54,349 bases of DNA. Origin: an uncultured Gemmatimonadales bacterium (GTDB taxonomy: Bacteria; Gemmatimonadota; Gemmatimonadetes; Gemmatimonadales; JACORV01). The translations under genes were made by a program, and so were the position numbers. The notes below the pieces were generated by a model. That model was not told the origin of the DNA and did no database searches. It saw nothing but the letters and a program-made list of their open reading frames with translations. The DNA is taken from the NCBI GenBank assembly GCA_964358595.1, contig CAYHQJ010000001.1:2955-57303 (forward strand), given 5' to 3'. How positions within the stretch are numbered: position 1 is the first letter of the stretch; each line of letters starts with the position of its first letter. This document shows, piece after piece, positions 9,670 through 17,865 of the stretch.

Positions 9670-10247
9670 TGGGCGACCTGTTCTGGATCCTGTTCTCGAC
9701 GATGGTGGTGAACAACTTCACCCTCGCGCTGTTCCTCGGGCTGTGCCCGTTCATGGGCGTGTCGAACCGGGTGGATACCGCGCTGCGCATGGGCGCCGCC
9801 AACATTTTCGTCATGACGCTCACGTCGGTCGCCGTGTGGGCGCTCAACACCTTCGTGCTGGCGCACGCGCCCTACCTGCGGCTGATCGCCTTCATCGTCG
9901 TCATCGCCTCGCTGGTGCAGATCGTGGAGATGGTGATCAAGAAGGTGAGCCCCGCGCTGTTCCGCGCGCTCGGCATCTACCTGCCGCTCATCACGACCAA
10001 CTGCGCCATCCTCGGCCTCGCGATCTTCCAGACGACCCGCGGCTACGGCCTCCTCCAGGGACTGTTCTTCGCCATCGGCGGCGGGCTCGGCCTGCTGCTC
10101 GCGCTGGTCCTGATGGCGTCGATCCGGGAGGCCCTCGAGACCGCCGACCTGCCCGACGTGGTCAAGGGCACCGCCCTCGTGCTCCTCATCTCGGGCAGCC
10201 TGTCGCTGGCGTTCATGGGATTCGCCGGCCTGCTGAGTGCCTCGTGA
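9669..10247 (+). CDS. rnfA: Rnf complex subunit A (NqrE/RnfA family)
   Basis: ATG 9669 shares its A with the rnfE TGA (TGATG). Motifs are MGDLFWILFS..., LGLCPFMGVS and TTNCAILG. Confidence 0.9.
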   Translation: MGDLFWILFSTMVVNNFTLALFLGLCPFMGVSNRVDTALRMGAANIFVMTLTSVAVWALNTFVLAHAPYLRLIAFIVVIASLVQIVEMVIKKVSPALFRALGIYLPLITTNCAILGLAIFQTTRGYGLLQGLFFAIGGGLGLLLALVLMASIREALETADLPDVVKGTALVLLISGSLSLAFMGFAGLLSAS

Positions 10248-10423
10248 GGCTGGTCGCCGGTATGCTTGCGGCCGCGGCGCTGTTCGTCGCCGCCGGATAT
10301 GTGGTTTCCAGGAGACGCCGGTCCGCCGCGTGCGACACCTGCCCCGCGGCCGAATCCTGCGACACCGGCGAGCCCCCGTGCCCCGCCGAGGACGAAACGG
10401 AGTCGAGCCATGCACATCGCTGA
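10244..10423 (+). CDS. Small single-TM, four-Cys membrane peptide (NqrM-like / FeoB-associated Cys-rich architecture), 59 codons
   Basis: GTG 10244 overlaps the rnfA stop (GTGA), and the 3' end overlaps the apbE start by 14 nt. The translation is VRLVAGMLAAAALFVAAGYVVSRRRRSAACDTCPAAESCDTGEPPCPAEDETESSHAHR, giving a TM helix, a basic anchor and C-x2-C-x6-C-x6-C. Confidence 0.55.
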   Translation: MRLVAGMLAAAALFVAAGYVVSRRRRSAACDTCPAAESCDTGEPPCPAEDETESSHAHR

Positions 10424-11405
10424 CGTGCCGCGCACACCGACCACCCGTCGCGGCTTCATCGCCCTTGGCGTCGGGGCCCTCGCCGTGGCGGCCGTGCCCG
10501 TCCTCGGGCGCGCTCGGCTGCGCCTGTGGCGCCGCACGCTCCCGGTGATGGGCACCCTGGCCGAGATCGCCGTCGAGGAGCGCGACCCGCGGCGCGCCCA
10601 GGCCGCGCTCGATGCCGCGTTCACCGAGCTGGTGGCCGTCGAGCGCGCGATGACGCGGTTCGACGCTGCCTCCGAGGTGGGTCGCGTGAACCTCGGAGCG
10701 GCGGCCGAGGCCGTCCCGGTGAGCGCGCCGACCGCCGCCGTGATCGGCGCGGCGCTGGCGTGGGCCGAGGCCAGCGACGGCGCGTTCGACCCCGGCCTCG
10801 CGCGGGTCGCGCAGCTGTGGGACGTCACGCACCGGCGCTTGCCGCCACCCGCCCGCGACGTGCGCCACTTCGCGGGACGCCGGCTCTACCGCGCGCTGGA
10901 CCTCGACACCTGGCGCGGACGGCCGGCGGTGCGGCTCACCGATCCGGACGTGGCGATCGACCTCGGCGGGATCGCCAAGGGCTACGGCGCGGACCGCGCC
11001 GCGGACGCGCTGCGCGCGCGCGGAATCCGCCGGGCACTCGTGAACGTCGGCGGCGAACTGTACGCCATTGGCGACTCCCCCGAAGGCGACCCGTGGCGCA
11101 TCGGCATCCAGTCACCGTTCGAGCCGGAGCGGATGATGGGGGAGATGACGGTGAGCGACGGCGCGGTCGCCACGTCGGGCGACTACCTCCAGTACTTCGA
11201 GTACCGCGGCGTGCGCTACCACCACCTGCTGGACCCGATGACGGCCGCCCCGCGCGTGTGCCACATGCACAGCATCACCGTCGTCGCGGCCACCGGCATG
11301 CAGGCGGACGCGGCGACCACGGCGCTCTTCGGCATGCCTCCCGCGGCCGCTGCGGGCGTGCTCCAGGTGGTGGCGCCCGGCGCCAGGGTGGAGCGCCGGA
11401 TCTAG
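10410..11405 (+). CDS. apbE: FAD:protein FMN transferase ApbE, with a Tat-type signal peptide
   Basis: An internal ATG (MHIADVPRTPTTRRGFIALGVGALAVAA) gives a twin-arginine leader. DLGGIAKGY and ATSGDY are ApbE motifs. It lies downstream of its flavinylation substrates RnfG and RnfD. Confidence 0.88.
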   Translation: MHIADVPRTPTTRRGFIALGVGALAVAAVPVLGRARLRLWRRTLPVMGTLAEIAVEERDPRRAQAALDAAFTELVAVERAMTRFDAASEVGRVNLGAAAEAVPVSAPTAAVIGAALAWAEASDGAFDPGLARVAQLWDVTHRRLPPPARDVRHFAGRRLYRALDLDTWRGRPAVRLTDPDVAIDLGGIAKGYGADRAADALRARGIRRALVNVGGELYAIGDSPEGDPWRIGIQSPFEPERMMGEMTVSDGAVATSGDYLQYFEYRGVRYHHLLDPMTAAPRVCHMHSITVVAATGMQADAATTALFGMPPAAAAGVLQVVAPGARVERRI

Positions 11406-11457
11406 CGGGCGCTTGCTCCGTCCGGGGTGGGGGCTCCCCGCCGGGCGCGCCGGCGCC

Positions 11458-11486
11458 TTGACGCCCGCGCGCCCGCCTCCATATAT
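11458..11486 (+). promoter_or_regulatory. Putative sigma70-type promoter for the TonB-dependent receptor gene
   Basis: TTGACG (11458-11463), a 17-nt spacer and ATATAT (11481-11486), about 40 nt upstream of ATG 11529, which is preceded by GGAGG. Confidence 0.4.
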
Positions 11487-11528
11487 GGGGGCACGGTTCC
11501 GCCCCACCAAAGCTCCCCTGGAGGCTCC

Positions 11529-14342
11529 ATGCGACGTGCCGCCGGCTTCCTCACGTGCACCTTGATCCTGCTCCTTCTGCCCGTGCGGGCACTCCATGCC
11601 CAGCGCGGCGTAGTGCGCGGCCACATCGCGGACTCGGCGGGCACCGCGCTCCCCCACGCCCAGTTGTCGCTCGGAGGCATCCGCCTCACGGTGACCAGCA
11701 GCGACCAGGGCGACTACCAGATCCGCAGCGTGGCACCCGGCACCTACACGCTGCGCGTCAGGCTGCTGGGGTACTCCCCGCAGAGCGCCCGCATCACCGT
11801 CACGGCAGGCGGCACGGTGCAGCAGGACTTCATCATGGTCAGCCAGCCGATCGGCCTCTCGGCCATCGACGTGGTCGTTGGCTCCCGGGCGCCGCACACT
11901 GCCGCCGCGGAACTGGCAGTGCCGGTGGACGTCTACGTCGCCGAAGACCTCGCGCGCCAGGGTACCAGCGAGACGAGTCAGATCCTGGCGACGCTCACAC
12001 CCTCGGTGAATTTCCCGCGCCAGAGCGTCACGGATGCCACCGACATCGTCCGGCCGTTCACGTTGCGCGGCTTGAGCCCCGACCACACCCTGGTACTCGT
12101 GAACGGGTGGCGGCGGCACCAAACCGCCGTGGTCAATACCTTCGCCTACGGCACGAACGCCGGCTCGAGCGGCGTGGACCTCAACGCGATCCCGGCGAGC
12201 GCCCTCGAGCGGGTCGAGGTGCTCCGCGACGGCGCCTCCGCCCAGTACGGCTCCGATGCGATCGCTGGGGTTGTCAACCTCGTCATGAAGGAAGGAGCGT
12301 TCGCCCCGTTCGTGAATGTCGAAGCCGGACGCTACGCCGTCCCGGGCTACCCAGACGACGGGAGGACCATCGACGTGAACGGCGGCTGGGGCTTCGGGCT
12401 GGGGCGAGGCTCGCTTACACTGTTCGCTGAGGTCCTCGACCGCCAGCCGACCAATCGCGCGTGGGCCGACCCCTACGAGGACGCCGGCACGGGGCTGACC
12501 GACTCGGTCAACAGCCGGGGGCAGGTCGTCGTCAAGAACAACCCGGTCCCGCAGCCCAACCACCACTGGGGCGACGGGCTGGAGCGGGACATCATGACGA
12601 TGGCCAACCTCCGGCTGCCGCTCAACGACGCGCGCACCAGCGAGGTGTACGCGTTCGGCGGCTACAGCTTCCGGCGGGGGACGGGGAACGGGTATCGGCG
12701 CTACGCGGGCAACTACCGGAACTGGCCGGAGATCTACCCGCTGGGCTTTCTGCCCGAGTTCAACCCGGACGCAACGGACTACTCGCTCGCCGGCGGGTAT
12801 CGGGGCGCCACCCAAGGGTGGTCATTCGACGTCGGCGCCTCGTTCGGGCGCAACGATTTCGACTACAACCTTCGCAACACCCTCAACGCGTCGCTGGGGC
12901 CGTGTGTCGCTCCCGCTGCGCCGTGCGCGCCGGGCTCCGACGGCGTCCTCGGGAACGTGGACGATCCGGGGATCCCCAATCAGACGTCCTTCTTCGCGGG
13001 TCAGCTCAGACGGGACGAGCTCATTGCGGCGATCAACGCGGCCAAGAGGCTGGATCTGGGGCTTGCCTCCCCCGTGAACCTCGCGGTCGGCGCCGCGTTC
13101 CGGCGGGAGTCGTACCGGATTACCCAGGGGGAGCGCGCCTCGTGGATCGACGGCGGGCACCTGGCCCAGGACTCGAGCGACGCGCCCGGCGGCTCACAGG
13201 TGTTCCAGGGCTTCGCCCCGTCGGACGAAGCGGACCAGAGCCGCACCAACGTGTCCGCCTACGTCGATCTCGAGACCGATCTGAGCCCCCGGCTTCTGGG
13301 CAACCTGGCGGGACGATTCGAGCGCTACAGCGACTTCGGCTCGCTGGTCACCGGCAAGCTGGCGTTCCGGTACCAGGCCTCGCCGCGGCTCACGCTGCGG
13401 GCCGCCGGGAGCACGGGCTTCCGTGCGCCAGGACTGGGGCAGATCAACTTCAGCAAGGTGGTCACCAACGTGATCGCCGGCGTGTTCGAGGAGATCGGGA
13501 TCTTCCCCGTGGAGGACTCGGCTGCACGCCTCCTCGGGGCCAGGCCGCTCCAGGAAGAGACCTCGGTGAACTTCAGCGCGGGGTTCGCGTTCAGTCCGCG
13601 GGACAATCTTACGTTCACGGCCGACTACTTCCATGTCAAGATCAACGACCGGATCCTGCTCGGCGCGACGTTCGACGACGACACGACCAGAGCGATCCTC
13701 ACGCGCGGCGGCTTCACCGAGATCGCCGGGGTCCAGTACTTCACGAACGGGCTCGATACCCGAACGCAGGGCGTTGACGTCACGGGCAGCTTCCGGACAC
13801 CCGCGGGGGCCGGCATGCTCGACCTGACGGGCTCGGTCAACTACACCTCGAACGAGATTACCGGGTACGATCCGCTTCCCGCAGTGCTCCGGAACGCGGA
13901 CCAGGAAACCGGGCTCATCGATAGTGTCACGTACATCGGGATCACGGAGGAGCGCCCCGACTGGCGCGCCACCATGACCGCGCAGTACTCAGCGGGCCGG
14001 CTCCGCGGGCTCGCGCGGGCCTCCTACTTCGGCAAGTTCTCCTCGGCGCAGCCGGGCTACTGCGACCGGTGCCGGGAGCGGTACGGGGCCAAGACGCTGT
14101 TCGACGCCGAAGTGGGCTACCGCCTCAGCCTGGTGGACCTGGCGGTCGGAGTTCGCAACATCTTCAATACGTATCCGGACCAGCCGTCGTCCACGACTCC
14201 CACCGACAAGGATGATCCGAGCTCGGACCCCGCCATGCTGTACAACAACAACTATGGCACGTTCCCCTGGGCGGCGGCCTCGCCGTTTGGGTACAACGGG
14301 CGATACGTCTACGTGCGGGCCTCGATACCGTTGAGTCGCTAG
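11529..14342 (+). CDS. TonB-dependent outer-membrane receptor with an N-terminal carboxypeptidase-regulatory-like domain
   Basis: ATG 11529 follows a GGAGG SD. The signal peptide ends in ...ALHAQ. The CarboxypepD_reg-like segment is GHIADSAG...YTLRVRLLGY. A plug region (TLRGLSPDHTLVLVNGWRR, RVEVLRDGASAQYGSDAIAGVVN) is followed by a long beta-barrel. Confidence 0.9.
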   Translation: MRRAAGFLTCTLILLLLPVRALHAQRGVVRGHIADSAGTALPHAQLSLGGIRLTVTSSDQGDYQIRSVAPGTYTLRVRLLGYSPQSARITVTAGGTVQQDFIMVSQPIGLSAIDVVVGSRAPHTAAAELAVPVDVYVAEDLARQGTSETSQILATLTPSVNFPRQSVTDATDIVRPFTLRGLSPDHTLVLVNGWRRHQTAVVNTFAYGTNAGSSGVDLNAIPASALERVEVLRDGASAQYGSDAIAGVVNLVMKEGAFAPFVNVEAGRYAVPGYPDDGRTIDVNGGWGFGLGRGSLTLFAEVLDRQPTNRAWADPYEDAGTGLTDSVNSRGQVVVKNNPVPQPNHHWGDGLERDIMTMANLRLPLNDARTSEVYAFGGYSFRRGTGNGYRRYAGNYRNWPEIYPLGFLPEFNPDATDYSLAGGYRGATQGWSFDVGASFGRNDFDYNLRNTLNASLGPCVAPAAPCAPGSDGVLGNVDDPGIPNQTSFFAGQLRRDELIAAINAAKRLDLGLASPVNLAVGAAFRRESYRITQGERASWIDGGHLAQDSSDAPGGSQVFQGFAPSDEADQSRTNVSAYVDLETDLSPRLLGNLAGRFERYSDFGSLVTGKLAFRYQASPRLTLRAAGSTGFRAPGLGQINFSKVVTNVIAGVFEEIGIFPVEDSAARLLGARPLQEETSVNFSAGFAFSPRDNLTFTADYFHVKINDRILLGATFDDDTTRAILTRGGFTEIAGVQYFTNGLDTRTQGVDVTGSFRTPAGAGMLDLTGSVNYTSNEITGYDPLPAVLRNADQETGLIDSVTYIGITEERPDWRATMTAQYSAGRLRGLARASYFGKFSSAQPGYCDRCRERYGAKTLFDAEVGYRLSLVDLAVGVRNIFNTYPDQPSSTTPTDKDDPSSDPAMLYNNNYGTFPWAAASPFGYNGRYVYVRASIPLSR

Positions 14343-14388
14343 ACCGGGGAAGCCGCTCCGGTCGTTGGCGACCGGCGGCTCGGGCCCG

Positions 14389-14425
14389 AAAAACGACGAC
14401 GGCCATCGGGTAACCGATGGCCGTC
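14389..14425 (-). terminator. Intrinsic terminator for the Yip1-like gene; the hairpin is shared with the convergent receptor gene
   Basis: A perfect 12-bp stem (gacggccatcgg / ccgatggccgtc) with loop gtaa. On the minus-strand RNA it is followed by GUCGUUUUU. A second 7-bp hairpin (14358-14375) follows the receptor stop. Confidence 0.55.
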
Positions 14426-14450
14426 TCGCGTCGTACCGCCGAGGGCGCTG

Positions 14451-15188
14451 TTATGCGCCGCTCATCCCCTGGAGCAAGGCAGCCACCACGAGCATGACTA
14501 CGAACGAGGCCGTCGCGGCGGTCCATGCCGCGCCCTTGGGCTGCTTCTCAAGCGTGGCCACCCCGATCGCCATGATCGCCAGCCCCCAGATAGAGATCGG
14601 GCCGATTCCGCCCAGCAGCCCGCGCAGGAAGCCCGAGATCGTCGACTCCGAGGACAGCAGCAGGTCCAGGCCCAGCGACATTCGCATGTCGGCGAGGCTG
14701 GTGACCGACTCCGGCCCTCCGCGCATGCGCAGCGCGACCGACGTCAGAACCGCCTGAACCACCCCCACCACCGACGCGAAGATCGCGACGGAGAACAGGC
14801 CCTTGAAGCGCACCTGCCCGCCGGTCGCCAGCAACACCACCCACATCACGAACGCGCTGATCAGCCCGGCCAGCAGCAGGAAGATCGGCGCGCCGACGAT
14901 CGCGGTCACCTTGCCGATCACGCGGGCGCTCTCCGGCACCGCCTGGCCGCCGCGCGCGGCGATCGCCAGCTCCATCGCGCGCTCCTGGTAGGGCGCCATC
15001 ACCAGGCCGATAGCGACCATCATCACGCTGATGATCAGCCAGGGAAGGACCCACGTCGGCTTCTCGCGCTGCTCCTCGAACACCCCCGTGGGGGAGAACA
15101 TCACCCGCACCACGCGCATGATGTCGGTCACGATCGGGGTGTATGATGCCGCGGGGGGAGCGGCTGGCGTTTCGGGAGTCGTCATCAC
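14451..15188 (-). CDS. Yip1-domain-like polytopic membrane protein of unknown function
   Basis: ORF-track ORF of 245 aa with about five predicted TM helices after a soluble N-terminal segment. The Yip1-like assignment rests on overall architecture only. Confidence 0.7.
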   Translation of the reverse strand: MMTTPETPAAPPAASYTPIVTDIMRVVRVMFSPTGVFEEQREKPTWVLPWLIISVMMVAIGLVMAPYQERAMELAIAARGGQAVPESARVIGKVTAIVGAPIFLLLAGLISAFVMWVVLLATGGQVRFKGLFSVAIFASVVGVVQAVLTSVALRMRGGPESVTSLADMRMSLGLDLLLSSESTISGFLRGLLGGIGPISIWGLAIMAIGVATLEKQPKGAAWTAATASFVVMLVVAALLQGMSGA

Positions 15189-15311
15189 GGCATTCCGGGT
15201 TGAAGGTCGGGCCCCAAACTACGGCCCGGCGCGAGAAAGTCAAAGCGGCGGAGCCGTCCGGCCCCACCGCCCTGATTACCAACCCCTGCGCGTCTGCGCG
15301 TCTGTCTTCAG

Positions 15312-15670
15312 TGGAGGCGCGGGGAATTGAACCCCGGTCCGAGCGTCGATCCGCGACCGCTTCTACGTGCGTAGCCCGCGATTCAGGCCGTCGTCAACCG
15401 CCGGCTCCCAGGCGACCTTCGGTTGACCGAGCCCCGGTGGAATCTCGCCGCGCGCGCCGTGGCGCCACGCACGACCAGCCTGACTTTTCGATACCCGAGC
15501 GTCGCCTCAGGCGGGCTCCATCTCGGGCAGGAGCATAAGGCGGTTACGCCTTACGCCGCCAGCGCGTACTCAGCGTTGGCATTTGAAGCGTTTCCTGATG
15601 TTTAGCGAGGTTTCAGGACCTCGGCACGCTGCAATCGCCCCACGATACCCGTCGAATCCAGGACGCCCCC
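15312..15670 (-). ncRNA. ssrA: tmRNA (transfer-messenger RNA)
   Basis: The minus strand begins GGGGGCGTCCTGGATTCGACGGG and ends GGGGTTCAATTCCCCGCGCCTCCA. The acceptor stem pairs 5' GGGGGCG with 3' CGCCTCC, including the G3:U alanine identity pair. CCA is not encoded. The tag ORF GCC AAC GCT GAG TAC GCG CTG GCG GCG TAA (15580-15551) reads ANAEYALAA. Confidence 0.93.
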
Positions 15671-15686
15671 GTAGGACACCCGCAAT

Positions 15687-16781
15687 CTAGCCGACCCGCG
15701 CCATGCTCGCCACGACGCGGTTGCGACCCGCATTCTTGGCGCGGTAGAGCGCCGCGTCGGCCGAGGCCATCAGGTTGTCGGGGTGGCCGATGGGGATAGG
15801 GTAGGCCGCGACGCCGCACGAGATCGTCAGCTCCCGCTCGACGCCGGCGCCGCGCCAGGGCGCGAGCGCCACCTGCTGCCGGAGCCGCTCGGCCACCTCG
15901 ACGCCGAGGTTGAGGTCGGCGCCGGGCAGCCACACCGCGAACTCCTCGCCGCCCACGCGCGCCGCCATGTCGCGGCCGCGCAAAGCGTCACGCAGCACCT
16001 TGGCGATGTGCTTGAGCGCGGCGTCCCCGGCCGGGTGGCCGAGGGTGTCGTTGATCTTCTTGAAGTGGTCGATGTCGAGGATGATGAGTGCGGCACCGTC
16101 GGTCCCATTGCGGGACAGCGCCGCGTTCAGCGCCCGCCGGTTCGGCAGGCCGGTCAGCTCGTCCGTGTCCGCGCGTCGCACGGCGTTCGCGACCACGTAC
16201 GCGGGCACGAGCACCGGGCCGAACTTCCGGACCATCGCCATCAGCGTCTCGACCGCCTCGCTGCCCTTCCCTTTTGGGTCGCCAAACGCCACGACGGCCC
16301 CCATGACGCTCGGCCCCTGCACCAGCGGCACCGCTACGCCGCCGCTCACCGGCCGCCGGCGGTCCTTCCTCGCGAGCCGAACCACTGACTCGTCGGACGC
16401 GCCTACCACCGGAACGTTGTCCGTGATCGCCCGCCCGGCGGGCGATTCGAGCGGCACCTCCACGCTGATCAGCCTCGGGTCCAGCCCGGAGGACACGGAT
16501 GCGATGTACGCCGGCGCCCCCTCCTTTTCGCGCATCACCAGCGCGCACGGCATGTCGATCATGGCGGCGCACCGCTCGATGAGCGCGAAGGCGAGGGCCT
16601 CGAAGCTCGATTCGGCGGGAAGGCTCGCGGCGATGTGGGTCGCCGTGTCGGAGGCGAGCAGCTCGTCGGCCAGGTCGGGAGGGATGGCCGGGACGTGCTT
16701 GCGCTGGTGGCGGCGCCCGAGCCCCCACCCGGCCGCCGCACCGGCGGCCGCGCCCGCGAGGAGGAGGAGGAGGCCGCTCAC
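15687..16781 (-). CDS. Diguanylate cyclase (TM anchor, GAF-like sensory region and GGDEF domain with GGEEF active site and RxxD I-site)
   Basis: In-frame GTG 16781 overlaps the dus stop (GTGA). Motifs are TGLPNRR, DIDHFKKINDTLGHPAGD, RGRDMAARVGGEEF and YRAKNAGRN. The rest of ORF 15687-17480 lies over dus in another frame. Confidence 0.88.
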   Translation of the reverse strand: MSGLLLLLAGAAAGAAAGWGLGRRHQRKHVPAIPPDLADELLASDTATHIAASLPAESSFEALAFALIERCAAMIDMPCALVMREKEGAPAYIASVSSGLDPRLISVEVPLESPAGRAITDNVPVVGASDESVVRLARKDRRRPVSGGVAVPLVQGPSVMGAVVAFGDPKGKGSEAVETLMAMVRKFGPVLVPAYVVANAVRRADTDELTGLPNRRALNAALSRNGTDGAALIILDIDHFKKINDTLGHPAGDAALKHIAKVLRDALRGRDMAARVGGEEFAVWLPGADLNLGVEVAERLRQQVALAPWRGAGVERELTISCGVAAYPIPIGHPDNLMASADAALYRAKNAGRNRVVASMARVG

Positions 16782-17791
16782 GCCGCGGCGACGCCCGCCG
16801 CGACGCCCGCCGCGCCGCCCGCGACGTACTCCGCGAAGATCCGCTCGACGTCGGCGAGCGCCTTCACCTGCTGGAGCTTCGAGCGCAGCTCCGCGCTCCC
16901 CGGCAGCCCGCGCGTGTACCAGCCGAGGTGTTTGCGGAACTCGCGCGCCGCCTTGGGCGACTCCCCCTCGAGGGCGATCGTGAGCCGCGCGTGCTCCAGC
17001 GCCGTGGCGAACCGCTCCTCCGGCGTCGGCTCGGACGGTTTCGGCCGGCGGTCCAGGAGCGCACGCGCCTGGCGGAAGATCCACGGGTTCCCGAAGCTGC
17101 CGCGCGCGATCATCACGCCGGCGCACCCGGTCCGCTCGCGCATCCGCAGCACGTCCTCCGGCGTCGTGACATCGCCGTTGCCGATCACCGGGATCCGGAC
17201 GGCGGCTACCACGGCCGCGATCTCGTCCCAAGCCGCCCGGCCCGAGAACATCTGCGTCCGGCTCCGTGCATGGAGGGTGAGAGCGCGCGCGCCGGCCTCC
17301 TCGCACCGCCGCGCGATGCCCACCGGGTCGCGACTGGTCTCGTCCCACCCCGAGCGGATCTTCACGCTCACGGGCAGGGGCGTCGCGCCGGACACGGCCC
17401 GGACGATCCGCCCGACCAAGTCGAGGTCCTTGAGGCAGCCCGAGCCGCCGCTGCGCCTCACGACCTTCTTGACCGGACACCCGAAGTTGATGTCCACGAA
17501 CTCCGGCGCGAAGTGTTCGCTGACGAGCGCGGCCGCCTCGGCCATCGCCACCGGATCGGCCCCGAAGATCTGGATCCCGATCGGCCGCTCCTCGGCGGCG
17601 AACGCCGCCATCTCGAGCGTGCGCTCGCTGCGGCGCCTGAGTCCCTCCGACGAGAGGAACTCCGACACCACGACGTCCGCCCCAAAGCGGCGGCAGAGCA
17701 GCCTGAACGGCTGCTCCGACACCCCCGCCATGGGGGCGAGGAACAGCGGGAACGGGCTCCCGGTCGGATAGGGAAAGCGCACGGAACTCAA
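16778..17791 (-). CDS. dus: tRNA-dihydrouridine synthase
   Basis: Motifs are LAPMAGVSEQPFR, INFGCP, HARSRTQMFSG and VIGNGD. TTG start as given by the ORF track; an in-frame GTG lies at 17782. Confidence 0.9.
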   Translation of the reverse strand: MSSVRFPYPTGSPFPLFLAPMAGVSEQPFRLLCRRFGADVVVSEFLSSEGLRRRSERTLEMAAFAAEERPIGIQIFGADPVAMAEAAALVSEHFAPEFVDINFGCPVKKVVRRSGGSGCLKDLDLVGRIVRAVSGATPLPVSVKIRSGWDETSRDPVGIARRCEEAGARALTLHARSRTQMFSGRAAWDEIAAVVAAVRIPVIGNGDVTTPEDVLRMRERTGCAGVMIARGSFGNPWIFRQARALLDRRPKPSEPTPEERFATALEHARLTIALEGESPKAAREFRKHLGWYTRGLPGSAELRSKLQQVKALADVERIFAEYVAGGAAGVAAGVAAA

Positions 17792-17827
17792 GCTAATTCA
17801 GGGCCTTACGCCCGGCAACGGCGACGT

Positions 17828-17856
17828 TTGACCGTCCCGCCCGGCGCGGCTAGCTT
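17828..17856 (+). promoter_or_regulatory. Putative sigma70-type promoter of ptsN, giving a leaderless or near-leaderless mRNA
   Basis: TTGACC (17828-17833), a 17-nt spacer and TAGCTT (17851-17856). The ATG at 17866 is only 10 nt from the -10 end, and no SD is present in between. Confidence 0.35.
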
Positions 17857-17865
17857 CCATCCGCC

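Noticed and set aside
6037-10247. The possibility that the membrane complex is Na+-NQR rather than Rnf.
   Set aside because: An RnfB polyferredoxin and an RnfC with two 4Fe-4S motifs are present, and no NqrA or NqrF-like (2Fe-2S/FAD/NADH) subunit is present. The C-D-G-E-A subunit order is Rnf-type.
11406-11528. A riboswitch (e.g. cobalamin) upstream of the TonB-dependent receptor, and a lysine riboswitch upstream of lysA.
   Set aside because: The receptor leader is only about 40 nt after the putative promoter, which is too short for a riboswitch. lysA has no 5' UTR at all, because its start lies inside proS.
15189-15700. A genomic island or prophage integrated at the tmRNA 3' end.
   Set aside because: No integrase gene flanks ssrA, and no duplicated copy of the ssrA 3' end is evident by eye in the about 120 nt downstream of its 3' end. 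The neighbouring genes are ordinary chromosomal genes.
16755-16775. The GAGGAG-type short tandem repeat (gaggaggaggaggagg) and other short GC-rich repeats as possible CRISPR or satellite elements.
   Set aside because: It is the antisense of consecutive CTC Leu codons in the TM anchor of the GGDEF protein. There is no repeat-spacer periodicity anywhere in the window.
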